DNA of 32,000 bases from Propionibacterium ruminifibrarum. Its GTDB lineage: Bacteria > Actinomycetota > Actinomycetes > Propionibacteriales > Propionibacteriaceae. Below are positions 18,685 through 27,061 of this stretch, in pieces. A program made the position numbers and the translations under genes. The notes beneath the pieces were generated by a model. That model was given only the letters and a program-made list of their open reading frames with translations, did no database searches and had not been told where the DNA came from. The first letter of the stretch is position 1; each line of letters opens with the position of its first letter. The DNA lies in the NCBI RefSeq assembly GCF_900289195.1, contig NZ_OMOH01000003.1, positions 150,001 to 182,000 on the forward strand, in the 5' to 3' direction.

Positions 18685-18702
18685 TACTAGAACGTTCTAG
18701 TA
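18685..18702. promoter_or_regulatory. perfect 18-bp palindrome, candidate LacI-family operator
   Basis: TACTAGAACGTTCTAGTA is its own reverse complement and has the central CG typical of LacI/GalR operators. It lies 73 bp upstream of the regulator ATG, in the AT-rich divergent intergenic region. Confidence 0.6.
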
Positions 18703-18795
18703 CTGATTCCCTCGGATTGAGATGAATAATGCCCTGTTGACTAGGTGATTAAATATGTTCCGAATTATTTTGTCTTAACATCTTCCAAAGAAGAA

Positions 18796-18809
18796 CTGGA
18801 ACGTGTTAG
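18796..18809. promoter_or_regulatory. second, imperfect operator-like site
   Basis: CTGGAACGTGTTAG matches the palindrome core CTAGAACGTTCTAG at 11 of 14 positions. It sits between TAnnnT promoter-like hexamers and the oxidoreductase start. Confidence 0.35.
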
Positions 18810-18851
18810 CGTGACGAGCATTACAGCATGAATGCGAACGAAGGAGTTCAC

Positions 18852-19874
18852 GTGACTGTCCCACCCATCCGTCTTGCCCTGGTCGGCTCGGGTCGCATCG
18901 GCACCCACCACGCTCGGGCCATCGCCCGCGAAGTGCCCGGCGCCGAACTCGCCGCCGTCATCGATCCGAGGATCGACGCCGCGACGGCCCTCGCCGACGA
19001 GCTCGGTGCCGCGCCGGCCCCCGACGCCTCCGCCGTCCTGACCGATCAGTCGATCGACGGCATCGTCGTCACCACGCCGGCCGCGCTCCATCGCGACCTC
19101 ATCGTCAACGCCGCCGCTGCCGGCAAACACGTCTTCACCGAGAAACCGATCACCACGACGCTCCCCGAGGCCACCGAGTGCATCGAGGCGGCCAAGGCCG
19201 CCGGCGTCACCCTGCAGGTCGGTTTCAACCGCCGCTTCGCCCCGGGATTCGCCGCCGCACGCGCCGCGATCGACGACGGCCGGGTCGGCACCCCGCAGCT
19301 GCTGCGTTCACTGACCCGCGACCCGGGTCCCTACAGCGGGGACCCCTCCCGCACGCCGGCCTGGACCATCTTCCTCGAGACCCTCATCCACGACTTCGAC
19401 ACGCTGCTGTGGCTCAACCCGGGGGCCAAGGTCGTCCAGGTGAACGCACTGGCCGACGCCCTGGTGCGCCCCGACGCCAAGCCCGACGGTTTCCTCGACA
19501 CCTCGGTGGTCACGCTCACCTTCGACAACGGCGCCTTCGCCACGGCCGAGGCCTCCTTCAGCGCCACCTACGGCTACGACGTGCGCGGCGAGGTGTTCGG
19601 CTCCGGCGGCATGGTCACCGCGGGGGACGGCCGCAGCACCGACATGACCTACTACGGCCCGGCAGGGCTCAGCGCCGACACCTCCCGCGCCGACACCGAC
19701 CTGTTGCACAGCGCCTACGTCGGCGAGTTCCAGGCCTTCGTCGCATCGATCCGCGGCGAGGACGCCGACATCCCCACCGGCGAGGACGGTTTCAACGCCC
19801 TCGCCATCGCCCGCGCCGCGATCGTCTCGGTGCAGGAGAACCGTTCCGTCTCCGTCGAGGAGGTCACCCGATGA
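18852..19874 (+). CDS. Gfo/Idh/MocA family oxidoreductase (inositol/polyol 2-dehydrogenase-like)
   Basis: IRLALVGSGRIGTHHARAI..GIVVTTPAALHRDLIVNAAAAGKHVFTEKP. I prefer GTG 18852 (AAGGAG at 18841-18846, 5-nt spacer) over ATG 18828, which has no SD. Confidence 0.85.
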   Translation: MTVPPIRLALVGSGRIGTHHARAIAREVPGAELAAVIDPRIDAATALADELGAAPAPDASAVLTDQSIDGIVVTTPAALHRDLIVNAAAAGKHVFTEKPITTTLPEATECIEAAKAAGVTLQVGFNRRFAPGFAAARAAIDDGRVGTPQLLRSLTRDPGPYSGDPSRTPAWTIFLETLIHDFDTLLWLNPGAKVVQVNALADALVRPDAKPDGFLDTSVVTLTFDNGAFATAEASFSATYGYDVRGEVFGSGGMVTAGDGRSTDMTYYGPAGLSADTSRADTDLLHSAYVGEFQAFVASIRGEDADIPTGEDGFNALAIARAAIVSVQENRSVSVEEVTR

Positions 19875-20662
19875 GCACCCTGACCCTGGCCGCCTGCGCC
19901 GAGATGATCTACACCGATCTGCCGTTCGTTCAGCGCGTCGAGAAGATCGCCGCCCGCGGACTCCAGGTCGAGATGTGGAACTGGACCACCAAGGACCTGA
20001 AGGAACTGGCCGCCACCGGAGCCACCTTCTCGTCCATGACCGGGTACATCTCCGGCAACCTCACCGAACCCGACGCCGTCGAGGAGTTCCTGGAGTCGGC
20101 GCGTCGTTCCGTGGAGGCCGCCGAGATCATCGACAGCCCGCGTCTCAACGTGCACGGCACCGGGCTCGACGGCGAGGGCCACCCCGTCCGTCCCGTCGAG
20201 GTGGTCACCCCCGACATGTGGCTGACGGCGCGGGACACCCTGGCCCGGCTGGCCGAGATCGGCCGCGCCGCTGGGCGGGTCTTCACCCTGGAGAACCTCA
20301 ACCTGCCCGTCGACCACGCCGGAACGCCCTTCGCCCTGGCGAAGGACACCCGTACGCTCGTCAAGGCGGTCGACTCGCCCCACCTCAAGATGAACCTCGA
20401 CCTCTACCACTGCCAGATCGGCGAGGGCAATCTCATCGAGACCTGCCGGGAGTCCCTGCCCTGGATCGGTGAGATCCAGGTTGCGGACGTGCCCGGCCGC
20501 TGCCAGCCCGGCACCGGCGAGATCAACTACGCCGGGGTGGCCCGGGCCCTGCGCGCGATGGGCTACGAGGGCGTCGTCGGCATGGAGGCCTTCGCCTCCG
20601 GCGACTCCGATGCCGCTCTCGACGACTTCGTCGCCGCGTTCTCGGAAGGAGGCGGGGCATGA
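19871..20662 (+). CDS. hydroxypyruvate isomerase family (xylose isomerase-like TIM barrel) protein
   Basis: LKMNLDLYHCQIGEGNL..IGEIQVADVPGRCQPGTGEINY closely parallels the E. coli Hyi region LKIQYDIYHMQRMEGEL..IGHLQIADNPHRGEPGTGEINY. ATGA overlap with the upstream stop. The ORF-track extension to 19178 overlaps the upstream gene out of frame and is rejected. Confidence 0.85.
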   Translation: MSTLTLAACAEMIYTDLPFVQRVEKIAARGLQVEMWNWTTKDLKELAATGATFSSMTGYISGNLTEPDAVEEFLESARRSVEAAEIIDSPRLNVHGTGLDGEGHPVRPVEVVTPDMWLTARDTLARLAEIGRAAGRVFTLENLNLPVDHAGTPFALAKDTRTLVKAVDSPHLKMNLDLYHCQIGEGNLIETCRESLPWIGEIQVADVPGRCQPGTGEINYAGVARALRAMGYEGVVGMEAFASGDSDAALDDFVAAFSEGGGA

Positions 20663-22065
20663 GTGGAGCCGTGGCCCCTGCCGGCGACCAGCGCCGGGTC
20701 GACCGGCGGCTGTTCACCATTCGTTCCATCGCCACCCTCGGCGGCCTGCTCTTCGGCTACGACACCGGCGTGATCTCCGGCGCCCTGCCGTTCCTCAAGG
20801 AGTCGCCCGAGGCCGGCGGTTTCGGGCTGTCCGCCTTCGACGAGTCCCTCGTCACGACCGGGCTGACCGTCGGCGCCGCCGTCGGCGCGCTCGTCGGCGG
20901 CCGCCTGTCAGACCGGTTCGGGCGCAAGAAGAACATCATGACGGTGGCCGTCATCTTCCTCATCGGCGCCCTGGGCTGCGCCGTCGCCCCCAACCGGGAA
21001 GTGCTCATCCTCTTCAGGTTCATCCTCGGTCTCGCCGTGGGCGGCGCCTCGGCCACCGTGCCCGTCTACCTGTCCGAGATGTCGCCGGTGAAGATCCGCG
21101 GCACGATGGTCTCGCGCAACGAGCTCATGATCGTCACGGGCCAGCTCGCCGCCTACACCTGCAACGCGATCATCGCGACCATCTGGCCGCAGGCCCACAT
21201 GTGGCGCTGGATGCTCGCCATCGCGACCCTGCCGGCCATCGGCCTGTGGATCGGCATCCACCTGCTCCCGGAGTCCCCGCGCTGGCTCGCCAACAAGGGA
21301 CGCGTCCAGGAGATGTGGGCGGTCCTCAACGAGGTGCGTCTGGCCGACGAGGTCGAGGACGAGGGCCAGGACATCATCCGCCGCGTCGAGGAGGAACGCG
21401 CCATCGGGCGGGGCACCTGGGCCGATCTGCGCATCCCGTGGATCCGCAGGATCACCATCATCGGCGTCGTGCTGGCCTTCTTCTCCCAGCTCACCGGCGT
21501 CAACGGCATCATGTACTACGCGCCGACGATCCTCATCTCCACCGGCCTGGGCACCCATGCCTCCATCGTGGCGACGATCGCCAACGGCGTCGTCTCGGTC
21601 ATCGCGGTGTACATCGGCATCAGGTTCTTCCTCAACCGGCTCCCGCGCCGCCGGATGATGCTCACCGGACAGAGCGGGGTCGTCGGCTCGCTCATCGTCC
21701 TCGGCCTGGTCTTCCTGCTGCCCGAGTCGACGGCGCGCAGCTACCTGGTGCTGCTGTTCATGCTGAGCTTCCTGTTCTTCATGCAGTGCTTCATCGGCGT
21801 GACCTTCTGGCTCATGCTCTCGGAGATCTTCCCGATGCGCGTGCGCGGCATCGCCAACGGCGTCGCCGTGCTCTGCAACTGGCTGGGCAACATCATCGTC
21901 GCCTTCACCTTCCCCAACCTCATCGAGGCGGTGCAGGGCAATGTGTTCTTCATCTTCGCCGCGGTGAACATCTGCTCGCTGCTGTTCTACTGGCGCTTCC
22001 TGCCGGAGACCTTCGGCCACTCGCTGGAGGCCCTGGAGCGTCGCTTCGAGGAGCGGTACTCCTGA
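20659..22065 (+). CDS. MFS sugar porter family transporter (inositol/polyol/sugar:H+ symporter-like)
   Basis: Sugar-porter signatures GLLFGYDTGVISGALPF, GRLSDRFGRKK and PESPRWL, with about 12 hydrophobic helices. ATGA overlap with the upstream stop. Confidence 0.9.
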   Translation: MSGAVAPAGDQRRVDRRLFTIRSIATLGGLLFGYDTGVISGALPFLKESPEAGGFGLSAFDESLVTTGLTVGAAVGALVGGRLSDRFGRKKNIMTVAVIFLIGALGCAVAPNREVLILFRFILGLAVGGASATVPVYLSEMSPVKIRGTMVSRNELMIVTGQLAAYTCNAIIATIWPQAHMWRWMLAIATLPAIGLWIGIHLLPESPRWLANKGRVQEMWAVLNEVRLADEVEDEGQDIIRRVEEERAIGRGTWADLRIPWIRRITIIGVVLAFFSQLTGVNGIMYYAPTILISTGLGTHASIVATIANGVVSVIAVYIGIRFFLNRLPRRRMMLTGQSGVVGSLIVLGLVFLLPESTARSYLVLLFMLSFLFFMQCFIGVTFWLMLSEIFPMRVRGIANGVAVLCNWLGNIIVAFTFPNLIEAVQGNVFFIFAAVNICSLLFYWRFLPETFGHSLEALERRFEERYS

Positions 22066-22088
22066 GCCGAGTGGCCACTCACCAGCCC

Positions 22089-22130
22089 GTCCTGCGGTCC
22101 CCGTGAGAGGACACACGAGGACCGCAGGAC
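22089..22130. terminator. hairpin downstream of the transporter gene
   Basis: GTCCTGCGGTCC ... GGACCGCAGGAC: a perfect 12-bp stem around an 18-nt loop that can pair further (CGTG/CACG). 24 nt after the stop, no U-tract. A second imperfect hairpin lies around 22151-22183. Confidence 0.45.
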
Positions 22131-22195
22131 AACGGGGGCAGAGAAAACGGGGCGGGCCACCACGATGTGGTGACCCGTCCCGTGCGTGTCTCGGA

Positions 22196-22515
22196 TCACT
22201 GGCCCATCCGACGGTCCCAGTACCCCGGTTCTCGCCTGTCGTGGGCGTAGGCCACGATCACCAGTTCGTCCTCGTGCACGAGGTGGTGATCCGGTAGGGG
22301 AAGCGCAGAAGATGTCTGCTCCTGAGCTGAACCGGCTGGCCGGCACTGCTCTGATCCTCCGGTGCGGCATCGGGCCACCTGTCAATGGCGGCTATCGTTT
22401 GGGCGACCGCTCTGAACAACTCGTGGCCAAGTCCAGGCTGCTGCTCCTCATACCAGGCGGCTGCGGCCTCGAGTTCTGCGCTCGCCTCCGGATGCTCCGC
22501 GTGGCGTCGGGTCAT
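22196..22515 (-). pseudogene. ParE/RelE-family toxin, disrupted by a 1-nt frameshift
   Basis: The N-terminal 76 aa (..HPEASAELEAAAAWYEEQQPGLGHELF..LLRFPYRI) are in one frame (ORF 22258-22515). The conserved C-terminus HHLVHEDELVIVAYAHDRREPGYW is in the -1 frame (ORF 22196-22378). The ATG overlaps the antitoxin stop (ATGA). Confidence 0.7.
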
Positions 22516-22760
22516 GCCTGGGGATGTCTGGCGCAGAAACGGGCATGGGTCTGTTCGAACGAGCCGAGCTCGATCCGGTCCTGGAGGATCTCGTCGGTAC
22601 GACGCGTGATCTCCTCCCGCCAGGCTGCGTCATGGTCCTTTGTCTCGGCGCCCTCGTCTTCGTCGTCGAGGCTGAGAAGGCCACGATGGATGACGGCCGC
22701 ACGTTCTCGAGGCTCAAGTGCCAAAAGGGCCTGCTCCACGCGCACTGCTCGGGCTGTCAT
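22512..22760 (-). CDS. addiction-module antitoxin (putative addiction module component family)
   Basis: 82 aa: LLALEPRERAAVIHRGLLSLDDEDE...DAAWREEITRRTDEI. This is the ExxWxxEIxRR pattern typical of this antitoxin family, sitting upstream of and overlapping a ParE-like gene. Confidence 0.7.
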   Translation of the reverse strand: MTARAVRVEQALLALEPRERAAVIHRGLLSLDDEDEGAETKDHDAAWREEITRRTDEILQDRIELGSFEQTHARFCARHPQA

Positions 22761-22849
22761 GGAACAAGTTTAGACAGGCTCCGTGCGGCGAACGCGTCAT
22801 GGAGATGTCGATCCAGTATCGGCGCCAACACGCCGGTCGGCGATCCAAT

Positions 22850-22871
22850 GGGGGCACTGGTTCATGCCCCC
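22850..22871 (-). terminator. hairpin just downstream of tRNA-Pro
   Basis: GGGGGCA-8 nt-TGCCCCC: a 7-bp stem, 7 nt after the tRNA 3' end on the minus strand. Confidence 0.4.
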
Positions 22872-22877
22872 AGGAGT

Positions 22878-22954
<77 letters not shown>

Positions 22955-23022
22955 TGGCCCTGGCCGCCGGTCAGTTTAGCCCACGAATCGGCCCGAAGAC
23001 GAATCGAGTCCGGCCAGGGACC

Positions 23023-23940
23023 TCACTCGGCGGGGACGAGCCGCAGCAGCGTCGCCGACGGCCTGCAGAACAGCCGGTACGGCGCGAACGGCGAGGAGCC
23101 CATGCCGTTGCTGACGTGCAGCCAGCCCTCGTTGCCGTCGTGTTCCCAACGGTGCAGGCCCCTGGCGCGCTCGGGGTCGATGTCGCAGTTCGTGATGATC
23201 GCGCGGCCATTCGGCAGGCAGACCTGTCCGCCATGGGTGTGGCCGGCCAGGACGAGCGGCAGGCCGTCGTCGACCATCGCGTCGAGCACGCGCCGGTAGG
23301 GGGCGTGCGTGACGCCGATCGTCAGTTCCGCGTCGGGAGCCGGCGGGCCCGCCACCTGCTCGTAGTGGTCGAAGCGGATGTGCGGGTCGCCGGTGCCGCG
23401 CAGGTCGATCGTCCGGCCGGCCGCCTGGACGCGGGCCGTGGCGTCGTTGAGATCGGCCCAGCCCAGGCCCAGCAGCCGCTCCCGCAGGTGACCGGTGGGC
23501 AGTGCGACGCGGGCGTGTTCGGTGTCACCGGCCGTGCTGCGCCACAGGTAGGCGGCCGGGTTGCGCCAGCGCGGCGCCTCGTAGTCGTTCGACCCGAAGA
23601 CGAAGGCGCCGGGAAGTCCCTTGAAGGGCGTGAGCGACTCGATGAGGGGGATGATCGCCCGGCCCTCGCTGATGTGGTCGCCGGTGCTGATGACCAGGTC
23701 GGGTTCCTCGTCGGCGAGCCGGCGCAGGAAGGCCATCTTGTCGCCCTGGCGGGACATCAGGTGGATGTCCGAGATATGGAGCACGCGAATCGGGGCGGCA
23801 CCCGGCGCGAGCACCGGGACGTCGACGTGGTGGGTGACGAAGGCGTGCGCCTCGACGAGGCCGCCCCCGACCATGCCGGCGCCGAACACGGCCGCGCCGC
23901 CCAGCGCGGCGGGGATCAGGCGGGTGGGAGTCGGCATCAT
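23023..23940 (-). CDS. metallophosphoesterase (calcineurin-like)
   Basis: Motifs LHISDIHL, STGDH and GHTHGGQ, with an N-terminal hydrophobic segment. It starts 1 nt after the PBP stop. Confidence 0.85.
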   Translation of the reverse strand: MMPTPTRLIPAALGGAAVFGAGMVGGGLVEAHAFVTHHVDVPVLAPGAAPIRVLHISDIHLMSRQGDKMAFLRRLADEEPDLVISTGDHISEGRAIIPLIESLTPFKGLPGAFVFGSNDYEAPRWRNPAAYLWRSTAGDTEHARVALPTGHLRERLLGLGWADLNDATARVQAAGRTIDLRGTGDPHIRFDHYEQVAGPPAPDAELTIGVTHAPYRRVLDAMVDDGLPLVLAGHTHGGQVCLPNGRAIITNCDIDPERARGLHRWEHDGNEGWLHVSNGMGSSPFAPYRLFCRPSATLLRLVPAE

Positions 23941-23941
23941 G

Positions 23942-26146
23942 TCACCTTCCCGTGTACAGCTCGGACTGCGTGGAACTCTTCGGGGTGTACCCGGCGAAGC
24001 CGGACGGGTTGGCGATGTTGCCGATCTCGGCCGACATCATGGACCGCCAGATGCTGCCGGACTCGGTCGTCGAGTTGCCCGACAGGTAGGTGCCGTTGGC
24101 CAGCTGCAGGCCGGTGAGGGTCTTGCTGCGGCCCGTCCAGTAGTCGTCGCCGGAGTCGACGGAGATCATCGCGACGCCCTCGAGATCGGGCGTGTAGGCG
24201 TTGAACCACACGGCCGACTCGGTGTCGGTGGAGCCGGCGGTACCGGTCTTGCCGGCCTGGTCGTAGTCGCCCGACAGGCGTTGGGCGTAGCCGGTGCCGC
24301 CGGACTGCAGCACGGACTTGAGGACGGAGTTCACCCCGTCGGCGGTGTTCTCGTCGATCACCTGCTGGCAGTTGGCGCTCGGCACGGGCACCTCGGTGCC
24401 GCTCTCGGTCGTGATGGACGACAGGATGATCGGATCGCAGTGCACGCCCCGGTTGGCGAAGGTGGCGTAGGCCTCGGCCATCGACAGCGGCGTCACATTG
24501 AGGGCGCCGAGCGTGAACGAGGCGACGTCGCCGTAGTCCTCCAGCGTGCTGCCGTCGCTGCTGGACAACTTCATGCCGACCTTCTCGGCCATCTGCACCG
24601 AGGCGCAGATACCGGCATCGCGTTCCAGGGCGACGAAGTAGTTGTTCACCGAGTAGGCCATGGCGGTGTTGAGGTTCATCGAACCGGTCTTCCACGAGTT
24701 GGAGACCTGCCAGGAGTCGACCAGGGAGAAGTCCCCGTTGCAGCCCCTGAAGGTGGTGCCGGCCCAGTTCTTGGTGGACGGCGCGTTGTAGATCGTCTGG
24801 TCGGGGATGAAGCCCTGGTCGATGGCGGCCGCCGCGACGAAGGCCTTGAAGGTCGATCCGGCCTGGTAGCCCTCGGCGCCGCCCATGGACTCGTCGACGG
24901 CGTAGTTGTAGTAGGTCTCACCGGCCTCGGTGTTGTCGCCCATCACCGGCCGGGACTGGGCCATGGCCTTGATCAGGCCCGTCTTCGGGTCGGTCATGAC
25001 GGCCACGGAGACGGCCGGGTCGGTCGGATTGACCAGGGCGCTGATGGCGTCCTGGGCGGCGTCCTGGGTGGCCGGGTTGATGACCGTCTGGATGGTCAGG
25101 CCGCCGCGGTAGAGGGTGCGCTGGCGTTCCTCGGCGGTGGAACCCAGGTCAGCCATCTGGTCGGACAGCAGCACGTTCTCGACGTACTGGCAGATGAAGG
25201 GGTAGCGGGCCGCCGTGCAGCCGCTGGAGTCCTCGGTGACCCTGCTCAGGTCGAAGCCGGTGGCCTTGGCCGCGTCGACATCCTCCTGGGTGAGCTGGTC
25301 GACGCCCTCGAACCAGGCGCCCTCCTGGTCCCACCGGAGCATCTGGTCGAGCACGACGTTGCGGCGCTCGATACCGGCCTCGGTGTTGTTGACCGGGTCG
25401 GTCTGGCTCGGGCTCTGGACGAGGCCGGCGAGCATGGCCGACTGCTCGAGGTTGAGCTCGGAGGCGTTGATGCCGAAGTAGTGCTGGGCGGCCGCCTGGA
25501 CCCCGTAGGCGCCGTCGCCGTAGTAGCTGATGTTCAGGTAGCGCTCGAGGATCTGGTCCTTGGCCGCCTCGAGGGAACCGAGCTGGTTGGTGAGCTGCTC
25601 CTCGAGCGCCACCGCGTACCGCATCTCGAGGATCTTGCGGCTCAGGGTGGCCTCCTGGGCGGCGGCCTCGGCCTCGGCGTCGTTGTTGTCCTGGGCCAGC
25701 TGAATGCGGACCTGCTTGATGTACTGCTGGGTGAGCGTCGAACCGCCACCACTGATGTCGCCCCCGGCGACATTGCCTGCGAGGGCGCGCAGCACACCCT
25801 GCAGGTCGATGGCGCCGTGCGAGTAGAAGCGGTGGTCCTCGACGGCCAGCTGGGCCTTCTGCATCATCGGGGAGATCTGGTCGAGTGCGACGTACTCGCG
25901 GTTCTGGTCGTAGAACTCGGCGAGCGCCGACCCGTCGGCCAGCAGGACCCGGGAGCCCTCTGCCTGCTGCGGGACGGTGAGGTCGGCCGGCACGTTCTGC
26001 AGGTTGGCGGCGACGGTCTTCGTCCCCGCCGACGCGACACCCGCGAAGGGCATCCACATGCCCGCCACGACGACACCGCACACGATGCTGACGAGAAGGA
26101 ACATCATCATCGAGTTGGTTCTGGCACCCGACTGTCGGTCACTCAT
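23942..26146 (-). CDS. class A penicillin-binding protein (bifunctional transglycosylase/transpeptidase)
   Basis: N-terminal TM anchor. GT51 motifs EDHRFYSHGAIDLQGVLRA and GGSTLTQQYIKQ. Transpeptidase motifs STFK (GSTFKAF) and KTGT (AGKTGTA). Confidence 0.95.
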   Translation of the reverse strand: MSDRQSGARTNSMMMFLLVSIVCGVVVAGMWMPFAGVASAGTKTVAANLQNVPADLTVPQQAEGSRVLLADGSALAEFYDQNREYVALDQISPMMQKAQLAVEDHRFYSHGAIDLQGVLRALAGNVAGGDISGGGSTLTQQYIKQVRIQLAQDNNDAEAEAAAQEATLSRKILEMRYAVALEEQLTNQLGSLEAAKDQILERYLNISYYGDGAYGVQAAAQHYFGINASELNLEQSAMLAGLVQSPSQTDPVNNTEAGIERRNVVLDQMLRWDQEGAWFEGVDQLTQEDVDAAKATGFDLSRVTEDSSGCTAARYPFICQYVENVLLSDQMADLGSTAEERQRTLYRGGLTIQTVINPATQDAAQDAISALVNPTDPAVSVAVMTDPKTGLIKAMAQSRPVMGDNTEAGETYYNYAVDESMGGAEGYQAGSTFKAFVAAAAIDQGFIPDQTIYNAPSTKNWAGTTFRGCNGDFSLVDSWQVSNSWKTGSMNLNTAMAYSVNNYFVALERDAGICASVQMAEKVGMKLSSSDGSTLEDYGDVASFTLGALNVTPLSMAEAYATFANRGVHCDPIILSSITTESGTEVPVPSANCQQVIDENTADGVNSVLKSVLQSGGTGYAQRLSGDYDQAGKTGTAGSTDTESAVWFNAYTPDLEGVAMISVDSGDDYWTGRSKTLTGLQLANGTYLSGNSTTESGSIWRSMMSAEIGNIANPSGFAGYTPKSSTQSELYTGR

Positions 26147-26396
26147 GGACTCAAGACTAACGGCCTTGTCTGTACGAGAACATGCGCTTGCCCGGCTGCC
26201 CGGCCGGGCGGGACGTCGTCGGCGCCCGCGGCGGACACCGTCGGCGGCCGTCGGGCACTGGGGTAGCTTGGACGCTGTCCCCGCGAGGGTTCACGGTCCG
26301 CGGGCCGTGCCGCGGGGCCGCGCCCGGTCGGCTCCGGGTGCACACCACGATCCACGTCCGGCGCCCGCCGGGCGCTGCGCAGAACAGGGGACCCCC

Positions 26397-26609
26397 ATGT
26401 CCGACAACGGCACCGCAGACGTGACGAAGTGGGAGTACTTCACCGCTCCCGTCTTGAGCCACGTCGCACAGCAGATACTCAACAACTTCGGCGCGGACGG
26501 CTGGGAACTCGTCCAACTCGTCCCCGGGCCCGAAGCGGCCCCCGCCAATGACGGCATGCCCGCCGCCGTGAACTACGTCGGTTTCTTCAAGAGGCCGGTG
26601 AGGTCATGA
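26397..26609 (+). CDS. DUF4177 domain small protein
   Basis: 70 aa: KWEYFTAPV...ILNNFGADGWELVQLVP fits the DUF4177 pattern. The ORF-track extension to 25977 overlaps the PBP gene antisense and is rejected. Its stop overlaps the RidA start (ATGA). Confidence 0.65.
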   Translation: MSDNGTADVTKWEYFTAPVLSHVAQQILNNFGADGWELVQLVPGPEAAPANDGMPAAVNYVGFFKRPVRS

Positions 26610-27061
26610 GCACCCCGTCCCAGCGGCTCGCCGAGCTCGGCATCACCCTGCCACCCGTCGCCACCCCAGTCGGCTCCTACGTCCCGGCCACCCGCCTGGG
26701 CGACACCGTCCAGACCTCCGGCCAGATCCCCTTCACCCCCGAAGGCCTGGTCACCGGGCTCGTCGGCGACGGGATCGACCTCGAGGCGGCTCAGGCCGCC
26801 GCCCGCGTCTCGGCGCTCAACGCCCTGGCGGCGGCCGCCGACGTGGCAGGCGGGCTCGACGCCATCAAGGGCATCGTCAAGGTCACCGTCTTCGTGGCCA
26901 GCGCGCCCGGCTTCACCGAGCAGGCGGCCGTGGCCAATGGCGCCTCCGATGTTCTCGCCGAGATCTTCGGTGCGGACGGCCGCCACGTCCGCAGCGCCGT
27001 CGGCGTCGCCGTCCTGCCCAAGAATGCCTGCGTCGAGGTCGAACTGGTCGCCAAGGCATGA
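26606..27061 (+). CDS. RidA/YjgF family protein
   Basis: 151 aa: TSGQIPF...IVKVTVFV...ANGASDVLAEIFG...RSAVGVAVLPKNACVEVE is the typical RidA-family fold pattern. Confidence 0.9.
   Translation: MSTPSQRLAELGITLPPVATPVGSYVPATRLGDTVQTSGQIPFTPEGLVTGLVGDGIDLEAAQAAARVSALNALAAAADVAGGLDAIKGIVKVTVFVASAPGFTEQAAVANGASDVLAEIFGADGRHVRSAVGVAVLPKNACVEVELVAKA

Noticed and set aside
22287-22294. Programmed -1 ribosomal frameshifting as an explanation for the split ParE gene.
   Set aside because: There is no slippery X-XXY-YYZ heptamer at CGGATCACC and no evident downstream stimulatory structure. A simple 1-nt deletion or a sequencing indel is more parsimonious.
23621-26266. 881-aa plus-strand ORF opposite the PBP and phosphoesterase genes. 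Similar long antisense or out-of-frame ORFs occur at 20908-22116, 28495-29856, 9391-10695, 7502-8551, 11562-12539, 4672-6276 and 11321-12775.
   Set aside because: All overlap well-supported genes. All have low-complexity G/R/A/P/V-rich translations without family motifs. These are typical high-GC artefacts.
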